DNA of 64,000 nt from Botryllus schlosseri (taxonomy: Eukaryota), in assembly GCA_051294905.1 (NCBI GenBank), contig CM119377.1:4774001-4838000 (forward strand), written 5' to 3'. Numbering within the stretch: position 1 is the stretch's first letter; each line of letters begins with the position of its first letter. This document shows positions 1 to 9,903 of the stretch, piece by piece. Below the pieces are notes generated by a model that saw nothing but the letters and a program-made list of their open reading frames with translations, did no database searches and was not told the origin of the DNA. Position numbers and translations under genes: made by a program.

Positions 1-111
1 ACTTAACTCGATGGTGAATTGAAAATGACTCGACCTGACTCGAGTCAAAACTATAAAAGTGAGTTTAACTTGTGACCCCGTGCCTTGTGACTTGGTTACA
101 TTTACAACCCG
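1..111 (+). mobile_element. Right end of GACTCGAGTC-rich hAT-like MITE (family A), truncated by window start
   Basis: Matches the right ends of the copies at 9233-9709 and 27272-27769 (GAATTGAAAATGACTCGAC..TGACTCGAGTCAAAACTATAAAAGTGAG) and ends TTACAACCC. Confidence 0.8.
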
Positions 112-558
112 GTTGACCGCCTCTAGTGAGGCTCTATACTACTACTATCACTTTACAGGCATTGTTGGACACGACAGTATCAATATATATATATATTATA
201 ATATGCGTGTGACTGACTGTTCGTTCGAACAACAAATACCAACCACGTTCATTGTAGTGACAGTTCGTTTCAGTGACAAATAATCCAGGATGAGTTCATT
301 GACAGCTCTTCCGCGCGAAAAATGACAACTTCGTTACTTCGCGTATTTCAACAAATCATCGCCGATATTAGGCGTTACTACTACCAATTCAATTTACTGA
401 TGAAAATCGCAATATATTTGTGTAATCGCAGACGAATTTAAAAAAAGGACAATATAAATATTAGTAATTATCTCAACTTCTTCCGGAGTCATTAAATAAC
501 TACTAATTATGCATAATTGAAAAATCGATATTTTGGGTTTTCAACCAAGCCCTATAAA

Positions 559-1353
559 CAGGGTTGCCATACCGTCCTTATTTCTAAGATTTGTCCTTAT
601 TTTGAAGAGCCACGCCTTAGAAAACTCAACTGTCCTTATTTCTAAGAAATGTCCTTATTTTCGACTTGCGTCCTTATTTTGTCTTATTTTCAACAACTAC
701 AGAACTTCGATCATTTTCCTCTGGTTGGAATATCTGCAATTGTGACATTGACCTGAACGCCATATGATAAAGACCGCTATTTCAACTTATATTGATACCC
801 CAAAACACGAGAAGTGTGTCAGCTGCTGCTGAGGATACCTGGGGCATTCCATGCTGACAAAAACCAGTAATCATTCCTCACCATCGATTATACACAGCGC
901 AATATTCCCGATTATAACATCGCAAGGAGCTTGCTTCGGCTAGGACCAAGACTACAAGCTTTGTTACTGGAGGTCTTGCTCCATACACTCAAAAATGATT
1001 TTGTCTGAACTTGGTGTACAGCCTTTCCCCATATTGGTTCACGCCTCCAATCACAGCGAGGTGAAGAAGTTTGGTTTATCACCCTATGGGGGCCCAAGAC
1101 CATCGTATTGCTTTTTGGGGGGGGGGGTGACGAAGTGCTGTTTCGGCCCTGAGTAAAGGTAAACCTAGACCTGAGCGGTCGTGAGATCAATGAAGCACTT
1201 TCTGATAACAAGGAGTTGCAGGAACAGATTGTTGAATATGGAAAATGATATGCCACGCCTCATATAAATACACAGTATGTACAAAAACGCTTTTAAATGC
1301 CAATATAATTTACAACTGTCCTTATTTTTGGGTCCATGTCGATGGCAACCCTG
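559..1353 (+). mobile_element. Non-autonomous hAT element with probable decayed transposase C-terminal remnant
   Basis: 12-bp TIR CAGGGTTGCCAT / ATGGCAACCCTG. Perfect 8-bp TSD CCTATAAA (551-558, 1354-1361). Subterminal GTCCTTATTT repeats. An internal + frame reads YPKTREVCQLLLRIPGAFHADKNQ*SFLTIDYTQRN, resembling a hAT dimerisation domain with a stop. Confidence 0.85.
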
Positions 1354-1528
1354 CCTATAAAGATAGGGAAAATATTAAGTGTGTCTATTTCGTCATATTA
1401 TCGAACCATCTGTCCGCGCTGATCTGGACAATGTGCACATATATATTATATCGGTCTCGTCATATTTGTTAAATCGCATCGAGTGAATACTCGCAGTTAC
1501 AGGTCATGCGTTCCAGTAAATATCAGTT

Positions 1529-4500
1529 CTAAATATCTTGTAGTTCATCAAATTCTGTAGTTTCTAACTCACTCGGACAATCCTCTTTGTTGATGCAGGT
1601 CCCGTTAATCTTGCTGATAAATACCATACCGTCCGGGCAAGCGCATTTGTTGTTAGGGTCACAGCTGTAGTCGCAGATGTGCCGCTGAGTCGCGCATGTA
1701 AACGGACATTTCGAAGCGCATTCCGTAAATTGCATTGGTGGCTCACATGATGCTGAAAGTATCCAGATGATTCAACGAATCGGATATCATCGAGAGAGAG
1801 CGGCCAGAACAAAAATACGATTCGCACATCCTTAGCAGAGATGAGCAATGAGCATGGATTAAGATTAGGATTAGGAAAAACCGGATTTGTGAAATTTTGT
1901 CGGATTAGGATTGGATTGAGATTTGGGATTTTTTTCTGAACGGATTAGGATTTAGATTGGATATACCGATTTTCTGGGAGATTGATATCTCGTGTGGCGA
2001 ATAGCGACGAAATTTATTCAGATCAGTTAATAATGTACTTGTGGTACACTACACTATGGTGCATTCGGTGCCAATGAACATGAGAGGAATAAATTATCAT
2101 AAATCAAGAGAATTGTTGGTTGAAAAAGAAAAATTTGCAATTCCTTCTTGCATAAATAAGCATTTTTTTTCTGAATTTCAAGTTGGAATCGGATTAGGAT
2201 TGGACGCGGATTTGAATATACAGAAGTTCTGGATAAGGATTTGAAGCTGCGGATTTGGATTCGATTAGGACATAGAAATTCCAAATCCGCTCATCTCTTA
2301 TCCTGAGACAGCGACTTACTCCGGGTACGAATGTGACAGTGTGATGGTAGGCTACATATGCCACTGGACAAGGAAGGTGTAGATATAGCCTTTAAGGGCT
2401 TTCCAGTTCTACATCCGATTAGAAATAATTTGGCAATTTTTCGACCATACCTACATTTCACTGTACTTTGTCACAATGCCATGGGTCGATCACTTCATTT
2501 CCACATACCCGCGTAGCTTTGTACTACTACATTTTCGCATGCCGCGTTACGAACAGTTGAGTTACAGCCTACCATAGTGGTAAAGAGTATCGAATCTAGG
2601 GTTGCATTTAAAACAAACGATGTTTTAAAACACCTTGGTTATTTGGCGGGGAGATAGCGTAGTGGTAGCGATATGCGCCCACCAATCTGACGGACTCGCT
2701 TCGATTCCCGTCGGAGGTTTATCTGGGCTCCTCTTTCCCCGCCGTTACCGCTCTTACGGCGACAGAAAAGCCCAGAAAAAGACCCGTCGGAAGAAAGCAC
2801 TCACAAGGAATGGAAAGGACTAGTAGAAAGGGCCGCGGCTTAAAAAAGATCAAAATCGACAAGAACTGTGACATTGGGCACCCTAGGAAGAGTTGGATGT
2901 TAGAGTAAAGGATCGCTACTGATGCGTGTCGTTCGATATCCCCTTATCTGTTCATAACATCGCATTGTGTCTTATCGCATTGTGCATTTTGTGTGACTTG
3001 TTCAAATGAAAAATGTAACCCAACGATATATAGATATATTTAAAACATGTTTTAAACAGTGTTTTAAACAGAGGCCTTTTAAAAAAAATTGTGTGTTTTC
3101 AAGTTGTAAAGTTATGCCATAATTGTGTAAATACTTTCCAAAAAACATGTTGTATGAGCCGACGGACAATTACCACCCGACATAGCCGACGTATATCGAT
3201 ATGGGATGGTTGGAACCCTCGAAATAGTCGGTTCAATATTGATAGTACAGATATTTCGTCAAAGGAACTATATTTAGTTTATATTTTCAATTGTCAATGT
3301 CAATCTACTATGACGTCGCAATTGAATATTCGTGACGTCATGGCTTAAAAAACATGTTTTAAAATTAGGGCCCTGGTTTAAACATGTTTGTTTTGGATTG
3401 ATTTTTGTTGTAAATGCAACCCTAATCGAATCTATAACACTCGAAGAGCTTCTCGGAGGAAGGGAACTTGAATATAATGTTAATGTTGAAGTAAACCCGA
3501 ACAATTTCGTCTGACACTCGCCAAGGGTAATCGTCAACAACTATGTAGAGAATTGGAAATAATATTGTTGATATACCTTAGAAATAACATTCTATTCAGA
3601 TACGAGTACCTAAAACATCGTACCTTCCGTGCAGTCTCTCAGCCAAACGCAAGCCCCGTTTTCGTCTCTGTACCTTCCTCGGGGACAAATGCATTCATTT
3701 CGACAGTAGAACTTGGTTTGAAAACCAACTTGCCCCGCAGCTCCCGCACAAGTCGCGTCACATCTTCCTGTCTTCTCTCTGACCAACCCTTCTGGGCAAC
3801 CTTGATGAAGAGTTAAACCAGTGGTTCTCAAACGTTTTTAGACACGCCTCCCTTTATGATAGTGAAAAATTTCGCGCCCCCCCCCCCCACCTTATCGTCA
3901 TATCACAAAATGCAACCAGAATACTAGCAATTCCAACGGAGAGTTTAATGGCAAGAAGGGTTGTGACTTGGGCGAATTTTTTTACCTAAAAAACGAAAGA
4001 TTTTGACCTAACAAATAAAAATTTTAACTTTTTTTACCATAAAAACTGAATTTTGACCAAATTTTGACCTAACGTATGCAAATTAGGTGTTTTCCCACAT
4101 AATGTTAGAATTGTACTACTTATCTTCATTTCTGGTTCGAACTGTAGTGTAGGCCTACGTCCTGACGAAGTAGTTTCGCATGAAAAAACTTTTTTTGACT
4201 CATCAACTGACAAATTTTAACCTGAAAAAACTTAATTTTAACGAAATCTGGCCCTACGAAGAATTCCAGCAGTTACATCTCGTATTATGGTAGAAATAAT
4301 TAAAATTTGTTGTAGTACAACGGAAGATACTTTCCTACATTCTCGGGTAGAAAGTGTCTGTCCTTACTAAGTAGCTTGCCAAGAATGGAGAAAGAACGTT
4401 CAACAGTAGCAGTTGTTGGCTGACAATATTGAAGTTGCTCGTGCCTACACTGCTGGTGACACACCGCGTTACTTCAATGGTATCTCCATAACAATTTTTC

Positions 4501-6866
4501 ATAATGCGCTTCTTGATATAAGAATCATGCAATGCCCACGCAGTCTTGCTTCAGTTAGGATATTGCGGTACGTTGAGAATAACACCATGTCAACTTATTT
4601 GTTTCGTTCGGATGTTTATGATTCACAGTGAGCAGACAATGGGCCACGATAAGTTCACCGACAGTACAAAATCTACGATACAAATGAAATGCAGATTGCA
4701 AAAAATTTTTGACTTTGTAAACAATTTTGACATTTTTTGACCTAACGCTACAACTTTGACCTGATTTTGACTTTTTTTGACATGTCTAATGATGAGAGAA
4801 TTCTCAAATATGAAATTCGGACTATAGCCTACACACGGAGCAACAACTATGAATTAGAGGTAAATCGTGCGAAGCGCGAAAAACAATTTCAGGTTACCGC
4901 GGCTTCGCACCCCCTCAAGATGCTTTCACGCACTCCAACCCCCCTCCAAGGGGCGCGCCCTCGAGTATGAGAACCACTGAGTTAAACGGTATAAAGCGTT
5001 ATGGTAATACCGTGTTAGATCAATAGCAGGCTGCTCAACTGGCGCACCGCGCTCCGAATATGGACTTTATCAGTGTCAGTTATCGGAATATTTACTTTGC
5101 CTATATTTTAGCAAAACCAAATTCGTTATCGTTGATCTGCAAAAACAAACTACAATGTTGTATTCTCACTATATGTTTGGGGTACAGCTGCGAGTCAGCG
5201 TTGTCCTGCTTTTCATTCCCAGAAAGATAAATAAATGCCCACCTCTGGCGTGGTGGTTCCCAAGTCATTAAATGTTAAGAACCGTACTGTACTGAACTGA
5301 ATTTCATTCTCCTAAGCAACACATTAATTTTTATTTTATCGGAAATTTCAGTCATAGAATCGACATTCCAAGAGGACGGGGTTTTGAGTTTGAAATGGGA
5401 GAGTTCCGACGTTAACAAGCCACCCGCTAGCACTCGCCACTGTTAGTAGTGATGGCTCTGAGCTAGTAATGGCTGCTCAAACATTACACAACTGAAACCG
5501 GAATCTCTATTCTTGCAAAACGACGACACGTACTTTCTTGTTATTCGGCAACTAATATTTTTTTCAAATGTAAAATTTGAAGTAGAACTAGAACTGCTCA
5601 CTTTTCAAAATTCACAACTAGAACTACAAGTATCTTAAATTTCAAAATCTCCAACTAGAACTAGAACTTGAACTGCTCAAAAACCGTTAGTTAGTTGACC
5701 GCCAACTAACTAAATGAGTAGTTTGCTCTAGTCTTACTAGTTGCGAGAGTGACTATACCAGAACAATAAATACATTTCATTAATTGCTTTCGCTAATAGA
5801 GCTTTACCACATTCTGTACACATTTATACCGTATTACATTTGTATGACAGTAAATTATTTCATGGAAATTATGCATCGGACCTAAACAATCATTTTATTA
5901 GTGGTTCTTTCCTAAATACAGTTAAGCATCCCTGGTCTACAGTTTGACTGCGAATTTGTTGACTGGCCGAGTAAGCCTGTAGCATAGCCTACCTCTAGTT
6001 TTTTTGCAATTGTAGGGAAACGATTCGGCGTTGTCTCTCGTGTACGGTATCGGTTTCCCAGATTTTTCCACACACCATTTGTAATCGCCATCAGTTTGCT
6101 CGGGCTCGTAGTCCCAAATCGAACTGCAGGTGGGTGCCTTCTTGTTATTAAACATGGACCAGAGCGCTTGAAAAAAGCATATCTCGGCGAGCTCTGAAAA
6201 TGAACGGAAACGGATAGCAGCCACAATGCAGGCAATGCGACATCACGTAGCGAATGAGCCATGTGCGATAGCGTGTCAGCCAGAGATTTGACAAGGGAAA
6301 TCATGGCTGCATTGGCTGGCTGCATCTTACCACATCGCTTGTACAATGTAACGAATCGAACTGCTGGGCAAAATCGAGTAGCCTACTCGATTCATTCAGT
6401 CATAGTAGTTGTATGATCATGAGTTTTGGGACAGGGCGGCTTCTGCTGTGTAGCCCTCCGCGCGTTATGACCAAAGGTTAGGAGAATTAAATACGACGAC
6501 TATATAATAAACAAATCAACGTTCTTGTAGCTCTCTACAAAATCCAGCTTATGATCAAAGGTTAGGAGAATTAGCCTATATACGACGCATATAACAATCA
6601 AATTGACGTTCTGGTAGTTCTCTACAGAATCCAGCTTTCAAAGACGACACGCTGGTATACAGCAACTCTACTTTTGCATTAATCAATGCCTATTTTATGC
6701 AGTCTCGGGACTAACCGAACATATCACCAGTTCATCACTTACCCACTTCCACTATTTGGACCGTATTTATCCTGCGATACCTCTCTCCCAATTGCCAGCT
6801 CGAATAAGTCGGTGATACCGTGGTGGCTAATGACGAAATCACGATTGACGTTGCAAATAACAACAT
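1529..6866 (-). CDS. Secreted protease-inhibitor-like protein: signal peptide, RYRR dibasic site, thyroglobulin type-1 domain, two TIL domains (~241 aa)
   Basis: Exons (-) 6866-6743, 6193-5993, 3800-3624, 1752-1529. All introns are GT-AG phase 1, and the 726-nt CDS is open. Exon 1 is MLLFATSIVISSLATTVSP..GERYRR. Exon 2 is C..PTC..DYEPEQ..WCVEKSGKPIPYT..C (TY-like, 4 Cys). Exons 3 and 4 have TIL cysteine patterns (8 and 10 Cys). Confidence 0.8.
1836..2299 (-). mobile_element. hAT-type MITE (family B, GGATT/AATCC-rich), intronic
   Basis: TIR CAGAGATGAGC / GCTCATCTCT(T). TSD ATCCTTAG / ATCCTGAG (7/8). Homologous in the opposite orientation to 18148-18567. Confidence 0.85.
2597..3424 (+). mobile_element. 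hAT-type MITE (family C) carrying a nested SINE
   Basis: Perfect 14-bp TIR TAGGGTTGCATTTA / TAAATGCAACCCTA. Perfect 8-bp TSD ATCGAATC (2589-2596, 3425-3432). Related copies start at about 10812 and 25251. Confidence 0.88.
2645..2830 (+). mobile_element. tRNA-derived SINE (5' head and core), 3' boundary unclear
   Basis: A-box TAGCGTAGTGG and B-box-like GCTTCGATTCCC, followed by the 24-nt core GTCGGAGGTTTATCTGGGCTCCTC (2710-2733), identical to 25879-25902. Confidence 0.65.
3819..4979 (+). mobile_element. Non-autonomous hAT (Charlie-like terminus) element, 1161 bp, intronic
   Basis: TIR CAGTGGTTCTCAAAC / GTATGAGAACCACTG (14/15). Perfect 8-bp TSD AGTTAAAC (3811-3818, 4980-4987). Internal TTTTGACCTA-type repeats. 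Confidence 0.9.
6465..6638. repeat. Local tandem duplication, two ~85-bp units
   Basis: TTATGA(C/T)CAAAGGTTAGGAGAATTA...CTCTACA(A/G)AATCCAGCTT occurs twice in tandem. Confidence 0.8.
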
Positions 6867-7910
6867 AATTTACCTGATAACTATTACAGCTCTGAATCAT
6901 TACGATCAATAGCTGACCAAGCCCGACCTATAGGCCTGAAAGATCTTTTCCACGGGACATATCCGAGCCTCGGGCGTGAGCTCTTCGTAACAAGCCTAAG
7001 TCACAAATTAAGAATAATTTTTGATTACAGGCCTTGGCTATATTGTAGTGATTTGAAATGATTAGGCAAGGCCACGATATCTATTGTGCAGCAATGTTGA
7101 TGATGGCGCAATAAAAGATCTGTGAAAATATTAGGATATATAGGTTAAGTTAGGAACATATACTTTTCAAGTGTTTATGCGTTTTACCACTATCTCATCC
7201 ATAGTTTCCACTTAGTGTATACATGCCGCGGGCGATCCATTTTTCTCTTGTCGTATTCTGTCAGATGTTTCTCATGAATATTTCCAGTTTTGGTGGCCTA
7301 TACAAACCAAAAGATCAAGGATCATTTAATTTGAAAGGCACTGCCAGTATAACTAACCTTTTGCATCGCCGTGTATCAAACGTCATCTAAGCATATACCT
7401 AGAAAGGAAATCTGAATGCGTGTGTAGACGCTCCTGATTTCTCTATACGCCACCCCAAAAAGCACAGGCCGGTGGGCTTTATTTAGAGGTGGTCGAAGTA
7501 GTCAGCGTTGCTACTCAACTGAAGTGAGTGAATTGGATCGATGGATGTCGCATACTTTTAGCAATTAATCGGATGTGGCCACTTTCGATCTTGCAAGATG
7601 TATCTTCTCGCCTAACCCCAAAAGACTATTCTCACTAAAAATAGGTACAATCTTTGAAAATATATTCAATTACAATGATACGGCGGCTATTTCACGCGGT
7701 TCCTGCGACAATTTCACTCATACAGGCGACGCGAACTTATCGCAAAACTACTTTCTACCTTTAAACATCCGAATTGTAAAAAACATAAGTAGAAACGGAA
7801 GTTACTTGAAATATAAATAAGTACTGCAAGTAGGCAATAGCTACTTAAATGCTCCGAAAAAGCAGAAGCACTTCGATAAGTATAAACAGTATACGTACCT
7901 TTATCTAAAT

Positions 7911-9141
7911 CAGACCTGGGCAAAGTGCGGCCCCCGAAGCCATTCTGTGCGGCCCGCGAAAGGTTGCTTGGAATTGATAACATTAAACCTGCTTTTTGAA
8001 TGTTCATGCGTGGACTAAAGCCATAGGCTGTATCAACTAAACAGGAAATTCTTTTTCTCTGAAGCCTGTTCATTAATATACTACGATTACGCTGCCTACA
8101 TATACGTAGGCCGACCTCGCATGCGTAATCCAGATTCGAAATAAAGGCAAGGTGGCAAAGTATGAGTAGCAATTAAAGTCACAAGAAATCACTCTTTCTA
8201 TATAGTTTAGGTCAAACCCTCTTTGTTGACATTGTCAGATTGCGCATTATATGGTACGTGTTTCAAATTGTTACGTGAACCGTTTCCAAATCCCTAATTC
8301 GTAAAACATGTCAATCAGTGCTCGCAATAACTATATGACTCATCATATCTATCACCCATAAAGGCTGAACGAGCATGTCATAAAGAGAAACCTGAAAGCT
8401 TAAACTCAAAGAAGGTTTGGAGCACTAAATATTTATATACTGGAGTTAGGAGTAAACCAGTCCTTTTAGTTTTTGCCGAGCATCTCGCCAAGATTAAGGA
8501 TTTTTATTTATGACAAAAACATGGAACGCTCGGTCAAGGGAGGGCAAGCTTCGCTCAACATCAAGGCTATTTGAGCTGTGCAATTCTCGGAATGCAACGA
8601 CCAAGACAATAAGCTTCGTACTATCCCATATACATTTCAGTGAAGTGATTCTCGAACTTAGGGGCGTGAAAGCATCTGAAGGGAGGCGCGAGGCCGAAGT
8701 TATATGAAATTTTTTTTCGCGCTCTGCGCGATTTATCCCAACCTTATTGCATAGTCCGACTTGAATATTACAGAATTCTCTCATCAACAACCTTAACCTT
8801 GCATGCCGTTGGGATTTCTAGCATTCTGGTTGGAATTTTTCACTTTCATAAAGGGGGCGTGCCTAAAAAAGTTTGAGAGCCACTTTTTTAGTGTCTTAAT
8901 AGAAGAACGTGGATATAGGGGTGTAAAGTGAGTTAAAAATGTAACATGTTTAACATTGTTTCGAATCATGATTGTAAATAGATCTTTGTTAATTAACCGC
9001 CATTTATCATTACCTTACAATATACACATTCACCTAGAAGTATTTATTAACAATGTAATTTAAAAATAAAATTAAAATACGCTGGAGAATATCGCTAAAA
9101 ATTTCACTCGGCCCGCGGAGGAAAATAATTGCCCACCCTTA
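7911..9141 (+). mobile_element. Degenerate hAT (Charlie-group) non-autonomous element
   Basis: Left end CAGACCTGGGCAAAGTGCGGCCC. Right end CGGCCCGCGG..TTGCCCACCC. Flanks ATCTAAAT / TTCTAAAT resemble a decayed TSD. Confidence 0.55.
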
Positions 9142-9232
9142 AATTCTAAATAGTAAGTTCAAGTAACACTGGAAGTAGTATTAAATCGTAACCGCTTGAG
9201 GAAGTAGTACAAATATATGTAAACCCAATAGT

Positions 9233-9709
9233 CAGGGTTGTAATGACTCGAGTCAATTTGTGTGTCGACTCGACTTGTACTCGAGTCATTGTACATGAAT
9301 CAAGCCAAGTCATATGACACGAGACTAGGACGGCAAAGACGGACATTTCATTGTCATATCGAATAGTAAAGTCACCACGTTATTGGTATCTCGTCTATCA
9401 GTCCTGATACTTGACAAATGGGTACAGAAACTGTTAGGACTGAAGAACATTACGATATTATGAATGCCAGCCATTCTATATGAGATCACTCGAGAAGAGT
9501 TGAAAAGAGTGGGTTGAAACGGATTGAACTCAAAACTGAACAGTGAACACGATGACTTGATCTCGGACTCAAGTCACAACACTAGGACTTGGACTCGGCC
9601 CCCTACTCACTGACTCGGACTTGACTCGGTGATGAATTGAAAATGACTCGACTTGACTCGAGTCAAAGCTATAAAAGTGAGATTGACTTGTGACTTGGTT
9701 ACAACCCTG
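9233..9709 (+). mobile_element. hAT-like MITE family A
   Basis: TIR CAGGGTTGTAA / TTACAACCCTG. Multiple GACTCGAGTC palindromes. Degenerate 8-bp TSD (CCAATAGT / CCCACGGT). Confidence 0.85.
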
Positions 9710-9903
9710 CCCACGGTGTTCCGGTACCATAGCTTGAGCAGCCAATTATACATTCACAGTGCGCAATGCGTATATAATATATATATTTATAAAATTCAAT
9801 AAAAAATTTCATTCAAATGCGAGTAAATAATAAAAATTTCATCGACGAATACAAAGCGACTCGCGCTGTATGCACACTATATACAATACATGGACGGCAT
9901 AGG

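Noticed and set aside
5912-6346. 144-aa minus-strand ORF as a transposase fragment
   Set aside because: It is an alternative frame over the thyroglobulin-domain exon, which has clean splice sites and matching phases.
7714-8172. 152-aa minus-strand ORF with hydrophobic start
   Set aside because: TTG start, runs across a MITE boundary, no domain or splice support.
9233-9709. GACTCGAGTC repeat clusters as a CRISPR-like array
   Set aside because: Irregular spacing, bounded by TIRs, dispersed copies, no cas genes, eukaryotic context. These are MITE subterminal repeats.
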